From the NCBI RefSeq assembly GCF_009914755.1, contig NC_060935.1: a stretch of 64,000 nucleotides of DNA, one strand, 5' to 3'. The number at the start of each line of letters is the position of its first letter. The stretch's first letter is position 1. A program made the position numbers and the translations under genes. Source of the stretch: the human T2T-CHM13v2.0 reference genome, Homo sapiens. Under the pieces are notes generated by a model. That model had not been told where the DNA came from. It did no database searches and was given only the letters and a program-made list of their open reading frames with translations. Positions 1-15,519 of the stretch are shown piece after piece.

Positions 1-1
1 A

Positions 2-374
<373 letters not shown>

Positions 375-837
375 TAACCACTGTCAAAAAACCCATCATG
401 CTCTGTTTTAGGATCTTATCTTACAAGTACTTGTCTTGCAGTCAAAATAAGCAAGAGAAGAGTGAAGCCAGAGAAGCACTACAGTGCCGCTTCTCCTCTG
501 TCGTCATCTTCACCAGAGGCAGATGACTTCTTTATAGCAAGGCCCAGCCACATTTCACGGGGCAAGCAGTGGTTTAAGTGGTAGGGCTTTAGTGAAACAT
601 GTATGTCTTCCTTTCTCCTGCCTTGAAGCCAGAGACATTACTAGAAAGAACTCTTGGCCCTGTTAAGGGTTCCCAGTGTGGTGTGCTGTTGCTTAAATAA
701 GCAGGTCATAGAGTTGGCTCAGATTTAAGGGATTTAAGGGAAATAGATTACATATCCAATAGGAAGGGCTGCAAAGAGCTTATGACCATGTTTAAACCCC
801 AACCTGTGTATGTATATGTATGCATATCCCATCAGTA

Positions 838-914
838 CACACACACCTCTCTGCAAATAGGTGTTTGTGTGCACACACACCTCTCTGCAAATAGGTGTTT
901 GTGTGCACACACAC
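838..914. repeat. Exact 34-bp tandem duplication
   Basis: cacacacacctctctgcaaataggtgtttgtgtg at 838-871 and 872-905, plus a partial third copy. Confidence 0.95.
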
Positions 915-992
915 TTCTAAATTTTAGATAGCTAGAAGTAGTTTAGGTTAGTTTTCTTCTGGTGTCAGTTATTTTGCTTCATTGTTTTCCAG

Positions 993-1145
993 AATGCTTT
1001 GGAAAGTTTTCCTGAACTAACAATAATTACTCGAGATTCTAAAGCAAAGAGTGGAGGAACTGCTATTTCTAAAATCAAAATGAATGGCAAAGCCTATAAT
1101 AAGAAAACTCTAAGGACTTCTAAAACAACCACCAAATCTGCACAA
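993..1145 (+). CDS. QSER1: QSER1 third-from-last coding exon (NALESFPELTIITRDSKAKSGGTAISKIKMNGKAYNKKTLRTSKTTTKSAQ)
   Basis: ttttccag| acceptor, |gtaagt donor, 153 nt open, phase 0-0; splices in frame to the next two exons; resembles the QSER1/PRR12 C-terminal region; position upstream of DEPDC7 fits known gene order. Confidence 0.92.
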
Positions 1146-1734
1146 GTAAGTGTAATTGATTATTAATGTAACTATACCTTTTCCAATTGTTAATACAATT
1201 CCTACTTAAAACATTGAAACAAGCAAATATTTTACTATGTTGTCATTAAGTGTGAAGGTTTTTCAGGTAGGAATAAGCGTCACTGGCCTGAGGAACAGGG
1301 ACGCATGGTGGTTTATTGTTTTTCTATAGCACAGTATCAGGCATATAATATGTGCTCACAAATTTCTTAAATTGACTAATATGGAAGAAATCATCTCGTG
1401 CTCATGTTTATATATTTGTAGGTAGTTTTTCATTTTTTAAATTGCATATATTATGTACAAAATGTTTTGAAATGTGTGTACATTGTGAAATGGCTAATTC
1501 AAACTCATTAACATATGCATTACTTGTAATATAGGTATATTTTTAATTGTATATGCATGCACATAGATAAGTAAGTGTGCAGAACACATTCCATAAAAAG
1601 ATGAAATGTTTATTTCATATCTGCAAAGTCATTAAAATTGGAATTTGTTCATCTTCAAACATAGTATAAATTGTTATAACCTTTTCAGAAAACAGTTTGG
1701 CAACATATCAACTTCACAGCAAAAATGTATTCAG

Positions 1735-2037
1735 GGCTAAGCACAATGGCTCAAGCCTATAATCCCAGCACTTTGGGAGGCTGAGGCAGGAGGATCACTT
1801 GAGTCCAGGTGTTCGAGACCAGTCTTGGCAACAAAGCAAGGCCCCATGTCTACCCTGGGGGGAGAAAAAAAAATTAGCCAGGCATGGTGCCATGCACCTG
1901 TAGTCCTAGCTACTTGAGAAGCTGAGTGGGAGGATCGCTTGAGTCCAGGGAATTGAGACTGCAGTGAGCTGTGATTGCACCCCTGCACTCCAGCCTGGGT
2001 GACAGAATGAGACACTGTCTCAAAAAAAAAAAAAAAA
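1735..2037 (+). mobile_element. AluJ-like
   Basis: Alu consensus plus poly(A). Confidence 0.95.
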
Positions 2038-2843
2038 GTATTCTGTAGAAATAGATTCAGAAATGCATAAAAATACATACCTTTGCTCATTGTGGAATTG
2101 TTTGTAAGAGCAATCCAATTATGTACCACCAGTGTGAGGTTAGATAAATGAAGAGCCACGTAATGTCATACTACGTGCTTTTTATAAAGAAGAGATAGAT
2201 TTGTTCATTCTTTCAGAAAAATTTTTTTGAGTGCCTATAGTATGCCAAGTACAGTTCTAAGTACTAGAGATACAACAGTGAAAACTGGTTAAAAGTCCTT
2301 ACCCTCATATAGTTTGTATTTGGGGAGGATGGGGAGGGACAGCTATATGTACTAAATGAAAAGATAGCCAATTATTAGTTAGGTCAAAAAACACGTTGGA
2401 AGAAAGAAGAAAAGTTGCTAGACAATATGTATAGTGTGATTCCCTTCTCATTACAAAATTAGTGTTATTAACATACATGTTATACCTGGGGGAAAACATT
2501 AAAAAATATATAACATGCCATTAGCTTTGTTTAGCTCTGAAGCAGGAGATTATAGGGAGCTTTTATTTTATAAATCATCTCATATGTTTATTGTTTAAAT
2601 TTTCCTATAATGCTTAAGTTTTTTCAATAATGCATATTTATATGCAGGATAAAGAATAAGATTTTAAAATATAATTTAAATTCTTATTTTGAATAAGTCT
2701 CTCCATATTAACCCAACTGAATACCTACCCATATATGTCATTTTCAACATTGCCATTGAGACTTTTGATCTAGTATTTTCCTCAAAGTGTTCTTAGCTCA
2801 GATACTCCATGAAATGTATCTATAAACTTTTTTCTTTTTATAG

Positions 2844-2939
2844 GAGTTTGCTGTCGATCCAGAGAAAATACAGTTGTATTCTTTGTATCATTCACTCCAT
2901 CATTATAAGTACCATGTTTATCTGATATGTAAGGATGAG
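2844..2939 (+). CDS. QSER1: QSER1 penultimate coding exon (EFAVDPEKIQLYSLYHSLHHYKYHVYLICKDE)
   Basis: tttttatag| acceptor, |gtaatt donor, 96 nt, phase 0-0; YHSLHHYKYH motif recognised from QSER1/PRR12. Confidence 0.93.
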
Positions 2940-3929
2940 GTAATTTCTTCTCATTTACTTAAAAAAAATGTTTTTCAGAATGTTAAGGAGACTCTAGCCA
3001 TAGTATTTTGGAGTGTTTTAAAGAGAGTTGTGAAATACATGTGTGTATGTATTTTGTCTATGTATTCTGTAAATAATGACTTGATTTATTGTTCTGAGTC
3101 TCTCTGCTATGTTTTGTGCTCAGATTTACCCGAGCCTCACCACCTCTTGTAGGAGCTATAATTGGTAATGTTTTGAAGCTGTTGGTGCTTGCTTTACATC
3201 GCCATAATAAATGATGTTTTATTGCATTTTGTTCTCTCACAGTGTATGATGATCTTGCTTTAATTCACTTCAGTCACTGCTTTGACATCTCACTGCCTTA
3301 CTTATTACTTAGAATGGCCTTATCCCACTTAATTGCAGAGAAGTGGGGTTTTGTGCCTTGGCATGAAAAACTGAAAGTTAAAATTTAATTGTAGCTTTTA
3401 AGTTGTTCAGAGATTATACATGACAAAATATCACCTCATGGATGGGATATAAGCATTAATTTCCACAGCCATGCTAAATGGTTGTAGACAATACTACCTT
3501 ATTTGACCAGCACTATCACTTCTTTTCATTATAAAGGGTCCAAGGCTATATCTAATGTGTTTGACAGTAGTCTGGTATGGAAAGATGCTCATAAATCTAA
3601 CCTTTATATAGCAAAAGAGAAAGCAAAGATGGTGATGCAACATAGGTTCACTGTTTTTACAATGCTCTAAAATGCAGAATCGACTCCAAAATTTGTCATT
3701 TGACTTTTAACGTAATTGGAAGAAATGGAGAAAGTCTGAAGTACTTTTTCTAGCCTTCCTTTCTGCCACCTTGGAGCCAAAGATGAGAGGATGAGATCTC
3801 ACCCAAATTTAGCTGAAATAATCATTCTCCATGGATAGGATTAAGAAAAAAATAAAATACCAGTACTTGTAGTTGAACTTAAATATGATGTGATAAGTAT
3901 AAGCTAATTTGGCGATTTTCTTTTTTTAG

Positions 3930-4070
3930 ATTTCTTCGGTGCAGAAAAAAAATGAAGATTTAGGACAGGAGGAAATTGTTCAACTTTGTATGAAAAATGT
4001 AAAATGGGTGGAGGACCTCTTTGAAAAATTTGGAGAACTTCTAAATCATGTACAGCAGAAATGTTCCTGA
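3930..4070 (+). CDS. QSER1: QSER1 terminal coding exon (ISSVQKKNEDLGQEEIVQLCMKNVKWVEDLFEKFGELLNHVQQKCS*)
   Basis: ttttttag| acceptor, 46 codons then TGA at 4068-4070. Confidence 0.93.
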   Translation: MSSVQKKNEDLGQEEIVQLCMKNVKWVEDLFEKFGELLNHVQQKCS

Positions 4071-7000
4071 CTTTTCCACAAAAATCCCATCTTTTTATAG
4101 CACTAATGAAATGGCAGATATGGGGTGGTCAAAGATAATCAGATGTCAAGTAGTGGCCTTCTGCAGGCCGGCCGCTTCCATCATGGAACTGTCATTACCA
4201 CCTCTGCTGAAGGACAGTGGTGCGGCCTTTAGGAACGAAGTTAGTCCTCTGGAAATGGACCTAAATCCCACCACATTTTTACCCTAATGAATGATTTTTC
4301 TATTTTGTAAACCATTGGGTAACTTGAGTCATATTTTCAGAAACATTTTTTGACAAATGATGAAGCATGCACTAAGTATAATTTTTTTTTATTGCTAGAG
4401 AAGTAACACTTAAAGTAACGATTTTTTTTTTCTGACTCCGGCTAAACACCAGAATGACAGAGAAGTGGCAGAAACCATATGTTTGTACTCACATCTGGCC
4501 ACAAAACCAGAAATACTGTACATTATGTAAAGAGGTCTGGTGTGGTGTGACATCCTGTATAAGAATATCATCAATTTAAAATATAAAATTTGGAAACTAT
4601 TCTGCTTTACAGACTCCTTTTACTCTTAACATGTTCAGGAAACTGGATGTGGAATTGGTGCAATTCTCTGACTGCTTTTTGTGTCAAATTATATTGTGAT
4701 AAAAAAACAATGACATACTATTTTCCCTATCGCAAAGAAAAGTATTTTCGTTTATACTGTTTTTTCCTTTGGAAAATTTTCAATTGTACATTTTATTTCA
4801 CTGATAGTTGTATTTTTCACAAGGAAAATGTTGTGGTTATAATTACGTTTGATATATCTCTACAACACCTTTTGTTATTTTCAGTAAATCTTAGTTATAT
4901 GTTGAATTTCTAATGTGAATTCTATCTTGAGGTAACCATTTTTTTCATACAGATTTGCTTCAGTGTTATCCAGAATATGCATTCAGTACTAGAATTAGTT
5001 TAGCTTTATAAATAGGGCTGTGTTAGACACTGCAGTAATTTTCTAATTCATAAAATAAACTTCTTACTAAACTAGCACTTGATTAACTTGTTGAGGTAAA
5101 AATCTAACTACATTTACATTTTGAAGAATAAAACTGATAATTAGACTATTTGCAGTGTTAAACACAGCTTCCTTAACTCTTAGAACTGGAAGTTGTAGAG
5201 CTCTCCTTTTGGTGCCTTTCCAGCCTTTATACACACTATTGTAGCTTTCTTAGGTTTGATAGGTAGCGTTTCAAGTAGTTTAGCTGAGACAGTGAATGTA
5301 TTAGGTTCAACATGACCTTGTGTTTTATTTGTGTTTGCCAACAGGATGCCTTATTTGTTTGAGAAAAAGATGTACTAGTGTCATTCTAAACTATCTCCTT
5401 TTTTAGGATTCTAAAGAAGTTAATCATCATCCTTTTGTTTATTTTACCACCATTTAGTGCCTTAAATCCTATCAAGAAAGCAGTGTTACTGCTCAATGCC
5501 CAAATAAGACACGCGGATATTGCTATTGTCTTGCTTTTGAGTTAACAGGCCAACTTTTTATACTTAAAACCTCAGTAAACTGGCAAAGAATTGAAGGTAA
5601 TGTGATTTGATTTGAGAATAAAACATTGTAGCATTGGGTGAAAAATGAGTATTTGAGTTAAGCTTACATATTTATTTCTGATGGTTATCTTATTAAAAGC
5701 AATAATCCTTAATACTGTACTTGCCATTAGACTAGGTACTCAGTAATGGAAGTTTCTCTCAAGGGTTAAATGTTCCATTTTTGAAAGTTTTAAAAAACCT
5801 GTTTGGGTGGTTTATTTTGAAAACAAAAGTAACCTATTAGATTCATTTTGCCTAACTCATATGAGAGATGCAGAGTATCAACAGTGGGAGCATCATAAAA
5901 TGAATTTTCCAAGTGGAGAGGAGTAGGAAGCAGCCATATGATAGTATTGACTCTGGACAGAATTGATGTCTTTCGTTTCCAAAGTGCAGAGTAGGGAACT
6001 ACATTTCCTAATGTGGCATTGTAAATATACATCTTTATATTACTCTTCCAGCCTACGTTCCTAAATCATTGATAATTTAAATATTTTTTAAAGCCACCTT
6101 AATTTAGGTAGCTCTTGGAATCGATGTTTGAATTCACTAGCCACATTTTCTTCATGATATGCCTCGTGGCAAACAAAGATGTTTCCTTAAGATGAATCTT
6201 ACATTTCCCATAGAAAATAACCCATTTCCTTTGGCACTGCAGTTGCCCTCAAACTGCTTGCAGTTGTATTCATTTTAGTACAACAAAGGTTTTCATAATA
6301 TGGGAGGCCAAGTCTATGATACTGCCTCAAAGAGACCCTATTGTGTAGATGCATCATCTTCTCTCATTTGATCCATAGAGCATAGGCAAAGATGTCAACC
6401 TCAGGCCTTAGAGAAAAGTGGAAATGTTATTATGACAGCCGTCCATGAGTTATCGCTTTGTATGAAGTTAAATACAGTCATGCGTTGCTTAACAGCAGGG
6501 ATACATTCTGAGAAATGCATTGTTAGGCAATTCCGTTGTGCGAACATCCTAGTGTACTTACACAAACCTAGGTGGCATAGCCCACAACGTACCCAGGCTA
6601 TATGGTAAACCTGTACAGCATGTTACTGTACTGAATACTGTAGGCAGTTGTAACACAATGGTATTTGTGTATCTAGACATAGAAAACATACAGTAAGAAT
6701 ATGGTATTATAATCTTACGGGACCACTGTCAAATACGCGGTCTGTCTTTGAAAAGTTGTAATGCGGCGCATGACTATAAATACCTAGCTGGTTAGCATTT
6801 ACATTCCTTGCCAGGGAGTTTGAAATTTATACTATAGAAATAACTTTAGGTTTTAGGTAGAGTTAAAGAGGTAAAGCACATGTTGCCACAACCCAGGAAA
6901 GTATTTTTAAGAAAGATTGGATTTTCCTACCTTTAGAGATCTAAAAAAAATTTAATATAAAAAATCATTTTGTGTTGGTGTTTATTACTAGTTCAGATGA

Positions 7001-7860
7001 GTGGCTGCTGAAGGGGCCCCCTTGTCATTTTCATTATAACCCAATTTCCACTTATTTGAACTCTTAAGTCATAAATGTATAATGACTTATGAATTAGCAC
7101 AGTTAAGTTGACACTAGAAACTGCCCATTTCTGTATTACACTATCAAATAGGAAACATTGGAAAGATGGGGAAAAAAATCTTATTTTAAAATGGCTTAGA
7201 AAGTTTTCAGATTACTTTGAAAATTCTAAACTTCTTTCTGTTTCCAAAACTTGAAAATATGTAGATGGACTCATGCATTAAGACTGTTTTCAAAGCTTTC
7301 CTCACATTTTTAAAGTGTGATTTTCCTTTTAATATACATATTTATTTTCTTTAAAGCAGCTATATCCCAACCCATGACTTTGGAGATATACCTATAAAAC
7401 CAATATAACAGCAGGGTTATTGAAGCAGCTTTCTCAAATGTTGCTTCAGATGTGCAAGTTGCAAATTTTATTGTATTTGTAGAATACAATTTTTGTTTTA
7501 AACTGTATTTCAATCTATTTCTCCAAGATGCTTTTCATATAGAGTGAAATATCCCAGGATAACTGCTTCTGTGTCAGTCGCATTTGACGCATAACTGCAC
7601 AAATGAACAGTGTATACTCTTGGTTGTGCATTAACTTACATGTATAATTTTTGGCATCTGTGTTCACAAATGCATGTGTTAGCAAATCACCTTTATTTAT
7701 AAGTGACAATAATTGAAGTTAAGGATATAAAGAAACCTGCATTTGTAGTCCAGCGTTTTCATTTGGTCCATAACACAATGTATGGAAATGTGAAAGACAA
7801 TTTTGTACATTTGTTTGTTACTAACTCAGATCATTAAAATGAAAACAATTTTTTTAAACA
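4071..7860 (+). other. QSER1: QSER1 long 3'UTR
   Basis: AT/U-rich, Alu-free sequence after the stop; several AATAAA (5054, 5127, 5617) and a distal ATTAAA at 7833 followed by a GT/T-rich tract. Confidence 0.75.
6475..6776. mobile_element. Tigger3a/MER7-type DNA transposon in the QSER1 3'UTR
   Basis: TA|cagtcatgcg ... cgcatgacta|TA terminal inverted repeats; body matches the copy at 52037. Confidence 0.85.
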
Positions 7861-7910
7861 AGAAAATCAGAATGTTTGGGGTTTTTTTGTTGTTGTTTCT
7901 TTTGTTTTTT
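7833..7910 (+). terminator. QSER1: Likely major QSER1 poly(A) signal (ATTAAA plus downstream GU/U-rich element)
   Basis: ATTAAA at 7833-7838, upstream TGTA motifs, tgtttggggtttttttgttgttgtttc at 7873-7900; Alu-rich intergenic sequence begins shortly after. Confidence 0.65.
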
Positions 7911-8151
7911 TAAGAATTGAAAACAGGTATCATATAGGCAAAATCATCATCATGTTACAGATTCCTCACACAAACTAAACAGTTATTAGTTACAAATGGC
8001 ATAGGGCCCACCCATTATTTTCTCAGATTATTTTAAGTTAGTATTTGATGAATATGCATCCTTAGCTAACAATGGCAGACCATATTTAAGAGTTTCTGTT
8101 TTAAGATATAACTCTTTTAGTCCTTTTCCACCTATAAAGAGTTATAAATCT

Positions 8152-8441
8152 GCCAGGTGGGTGCAGTGGCTTACACCTGTAATCTCAGCACTTTGGGAGG
8201 CCGAGGTGGGTGGATCATGAGGTCAGGAGATCAAGACTGTCCTGGCCAACATGGTGAAACCCCATCTTTACTAAAAATACAAAAATTAGCTGGGCGTGGT
8301 GGCGCGTGCCTGTAATCCCAGCTGCGCAGGAGGCTGAGGCAGGAGAATCGCTTGAACCAGGGAGTCAGAAGTTGCAGTGAGCCAAGATCGCGTCACTACA
8401 CTCCTGCCTGGTGACAGAGCAAGACTCCATCAAAAAAAAAA
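8152..8441 (+). mobile_element. AluS-like
   Basis: Alu consensus. Confidence 0.95.
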
Positions 8442-8981
8442 GTATAAATCCATTAACTTATAAATCCATTAACTTACATCTTCCTAGTTTTGTTTATCTG
8501 AAAATAGTCCATAGCTAGAAGTAATTGATAATATCAAGCTATTTCTGTCATCTCTATACAACTATTGAGTAAGTTAAAAAAATAAAAACGTGTCCTGACT
8601 GGACTAGTGAGCTGATTTTCTGAGTAAGATTCTGCCTTAATCTTCATATAATATTTCTAGCATATTAAGTATTTCAAGTGAAGATACTGTCAAATGTGCT
8701 TGCTCTCTTGTAGTTTGGATTATAAAAGCACTGAATCTTCATGCCTTTATACAGCTAGAAAATAAATATTGTAATAAATGATCTGCATCAAATATTTATC
8801 ATCTCAGTAAAGTCTGAAAAATTTTTTTTGGTTCTATGACATCTGTTTTATTCTCCATTGTTTGCTGAAATTTTAATATTTTCATTTTAGTATTTTCCTC
8901 AAAATATTTTAGAAAATAGTCATTATTCAAGTGATCTATATAAACCTGAATGACAGCACATACACTACACTGCTCTGTTAA

Positions 8982-11002
<2,021 letters not shown>

Positions 11003-12153
11003 TAAACATTTGGCAAATAACTGGACATATGAAAAAAAGTCACAGGGAATATTAAAAAGGTTAAGAACAGGAAAGTATTCGTTGGATTTTGTAATAAAGA
11101 CACAACTTTAGGAGAATTGCAACTTCAGAAGAAAATGACTACATCAACAAAAATAGCTGACATTTTATCAAAGTGAAATGCAGTAGCCATCATTTTTTAC
11201 ATTTTGCCCTCACATGCAGAAAGAGCTCAGGGACCAGGACATACATTCCTCTATCTGGGGCTTGAGATTCTCCAATAGAATAATTGGGGAAGAAAGTACT
11301 GTCAAAAAAAATTTTTTAGCCTGAGGTGGTGTCACACTCAGGAGGCTGAGGCGGGAGGATTGCTTGAGCCCGAGTTCAAGGTTGCAGTGAGCTATGATTC
11401 ACCACTGCTCTCAAGCTGGGCAACCCTGTCTTAAAAAAATAAAGTTTCTGTGAGATGGACTCATGAACAAAACACTCTGGTAGGGGGAGTTTATCTATTT
11501 GAGGAGGGTAAGGGAAGATTTCATGGAAACAATGATTAGCTGAACCTCAGCGGTTAGGAAGACAACAGAGCTGGCTGACAAAGAAGGCATAATGCTTTGT
11601 TTTCAGGAGGATGGTTTCTCCTCCAGTTTTGCCACGAAACTAGCTCGATCCTCAGGCATGCCATGTGAAACCTAATCTGAATCTGTTTTCTCATCCTGAA
11701 AGTGAAGTAAGAAACAGTCTTTTAAAGCTATTAATATTCTTTGATTCTAGATAGACCGGAATGTTGGGAGAAATGCAAAGCGTCTCAGTTAGCAGCACCA
11801 GAAGATCAGAGCAGCAGAATAGTAAGAATGGAAAGGTCTTACTACATTTTTCACTATCTTGCAAGATTCATTTCAAAACCATTAATCAGCTATTTTATAC
11901 ATACACACACACCTTAGCAATCTAGTTCATCTTGTGACACTAGTGTAAAATTAATTAGAGACGTCGTGTCGCCAGTCAATTTTGAAATGCTTAGAGTCTA
12001 TGTACATAGGCTTCATCTTTATATCTCCAACAGCACAAAGTATTTCACTCCATAGGTACCTAATAGGTGTGTGTTGCATAGATGGGTGAATATATAAATG
12101 AGAGTTTACTTGGAATCAGTTTAAAGTGTTTTCAAACTGGCCTCTTAAAATAG

Positions 12154-12498
<345 letters not shown>

Positions 12499-12640
12499 TC
12501 CCTTTCTGTTTTTAAGGGAAAGCACCTCTCTTACATTACCAATTATTTTCATATCACTCTTTAATTCTCCTCACTCTGCTTACTTCACAACATACCAGAG
12601 TCCATTCTCCTAATTTGTATTTTGAATTTCTACTTAATCC

Positions 12641-13082
12641 ATGGAAGTGAATGGGCTATCATCAGAGAGCAGGTATCTTGGAGCAGTGAAGCAAGAGAAT
12701 TCAAAACACTAGCAACAGGCTAACAGAAAGAACCTGGCTTTAGAATGAAGTTTTAAAATTAACCTTGTTTACTTAGAATTTATCAATGACTTAAGAACTG
12801 TTTATGGGTCACTCAGTAGAAGATCTTTATAATGTCAGTCCTCCATTGAGTTTGTTAGAAGATAATATTTGACTTAAGTAGAAGTCAGAAGTTAGGGTTT
12901 TTCATAGCTGACGCTAATGTGAATGCATTAACATTATTACAGGAGTTTGCAAACAATCCACTATCAAAAAGATTACATATTAAAGCATATTTTAAAGGCA
13001 CTACAAAACAAAAACTTGCTTTAACTGTGCCCATACTGCTCATGAACAAATATTCTGCCATCCAAATGAGAAATACAAGAAG
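12641..13082 (+). pseudogene. Fossil exon segment: one DCX-like domain plus the start of a second
   Basis: MEVNGLSSESRYLGAVK/AREFKTLATG*QKEPGFRMKF/KINLVYLEFINDLRTVYG/HSVEDLYNV../KIIFDLSRSQKLGFFIAD...[22 protein letters not shown]; frame 12859-13082 open for ~75 codons. Confidence 0.6.
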
Positions 13083-13367
13083 TCCACCAGCATGGTGGCT
13101 CATACCTGTAATCCCGACACTTTGGGAGGCCAAGGTGGACAGATTGCTTGAACCCAGGAGTTCAAGACCAGTCTGGTAACAAAGCAAGACCTTGTCTCTA
13201 CTAAAAATTTTAAAAATTAGCCGGGTGTGGTGGTGCTACTTGGGAGGCTAAGGCAAGAGGATCACTTGAGTCCGAGACATTAGGGCTGCAGTGGGCTACG
13301 ATCATGCCACTGCACTCCAGCCTGAATGAGCGAGACCCTGTCTCAAAAAAAAAAAAAAAAAAAAAAA
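13083..13367 (+). mobile_element. AluJ-like, inserted in the fossil exon
   Basis: Alu consensus plus poly(A); TSD ending aagtc. Confidence 0.95.
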
Positions 13368-13420
13368 GAGATAAGAAAAAGAAAAGTCATCGCTGTGGCT
13401 GCTATAGCTGAGAGCCTCAC

Positions 13421-14091
13421 TATTTTTGTCTCCTCAGGCTGCCATAACAAAATGCCATAGACTGGGTGGCTTAAACAACAGAAATTCATTTTCTCATAAT
13501 TCTGGAGCCTAAAAATCCCAGATCAAGGCTGGCAGGGTCAGTTGCTGGCAGACAGCCCTCACATGGCAGAGAGATGGCAAGCCCTCTGGTGTACCTTCTT
13601 ATAAGGGAACTAATCCCATAATTAGATCCCCATCCTCATGACCTCAATAAACTCTAATTACCTCTCAAAAGTATCTCTAAATACTATCACATTGGGGCTG
13701 GACAGGGTTGCTCACAGCTGTAATCCCAGCACTTTGCCAGGCTGAGGTGGGAGGATCACTTGAGGTCAGAAGTTTGAGACCGACCTGACCAACATAGTGA
13801 AACCACATCTCTACTAAAAATACAAAAATTAGCTGGGTGTGGTGGTGGGCGCCTGTAGTCCCAGCTACTTGAGAGGCTGAGGCAAGACAATCTCTTGAAC
13901 CCAGGAGGCAGAGGTTGTAGTCAGCCGAGATGGCACCACTGCACACCAGCCTGGGCGACACAGCAAGACTCAGTCTCAAAATAAATAAATAAATAAATAC
14001 ATACATACATACATACATACATACTATCACATTGGGGGTTAGGGCTTCAATATAAGAATTGCAGGAGTACACAAACATGAGGTCCATAACA
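13421..14091 (-). mobile_element. MLT1 (MLT1A/B-like) MaLR solo LTR with nested Alu
   Basis: ggctgccataacaaaatgccatagactgggtggcttaaacaacagaaatt ... gtccataaca; degenerate 5-bp TSD ctcac/accac. Confidence 0.85.
13696..14020 (+). mobile_element. Alu nested in MLT1
   Basis: TSD atactatcacattgggg; (TAAA)n(TACA)n tail. Confidence 0.95.
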
Positions 14092-14262
14092 ACCACTGAC
14101 TGAGGTGTCAGCTACAGCACAGAAAAGGTGAAAGCCTTGCAGATAGTCATCACTGATGGGCTTAAAATTCTCTCTCTAGTCTATCCAGAAGCAAGAACAT
14201 CATTTATTTACACTCTTCTCTTCTGCTGTAGGATTTTCAGATGTTCACAGATTAACTTTTAG
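14092..14262 (+). pseudogene. Fossil exon segment: second half of the second DCX-like domain, after the Alu and MLT1 insertions
   Basis: [28 protein letters not shown] resembles DCX C-domain [29 protein letters not shown]. Confidence 0.55.
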
Positions 14263-14816
14263 CACAGACTATAAAGACCAGTAGTAGAGACCTTTGCCAT
14301 TGAGTCATATTCTTTGAACTTCACAAAGGGAATTGTATCCTGTCAGTTCCTAAATAAATCTTACCTTTCCCTATCTCTCTCCTCTGTCTTCTTTTTGGTC
14401 CAAACCACCATCATCTCATGCCAGGACTACTATAATAATCTCTGAACTGCTGCCTCCCCCTTCCCAACTGCTTTCCTTTAGTCCATTCTCCACAAAGCCG
14501 TCTGATTTTCAAACAACTCTGATCATGTGAGTCCCACTGGAAATCCATCAGTGCTACCTACTGTTGTTAGGATAAAGGCAAAAATGCTAATGGCAACTTC
14601 TACTTTGAGCCATCATGGACTAACAGGGCCAGATGTATCTTTCTGCTTTACTTAAAAGTGAGGACAAAAGAAGTGAAAATTGTTTTCAAACATTGAACAA
14701 TGTGCAGCACAGGACAGTAATCTTGAGAGAAGGGAAACAAATCAGTAGTAAGAAAACAATTCTTAAAAGGACAAAGGACCTAAGTAAACATTTCTCTGAA
14801 GACATACAAATGACTA

Positions 14817-15462
<646 letters not shown>

Positions 15463-15519
15463 ACATTAGCTTACTTTTTCTAAACACGAAGAGAAATATT
15501 AGTTCAATATCCTGTAAAT

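Noticed and set aside
3246-3375. Box C/D snoRNA (ATGATGA...CTGA)
   Set aside because: No terminal stem or recognisable guide
8445-8476. 16-bp duplication taaatccattaactta
   Set aside because: Simple slippage next to an Alu TSD; no functional context
11045-11176. 43-codon open frame GNIKKVKNRKVFVGF... as another fossil exon
   Set aside because: Resembles L2 remnant; no DCX motif order
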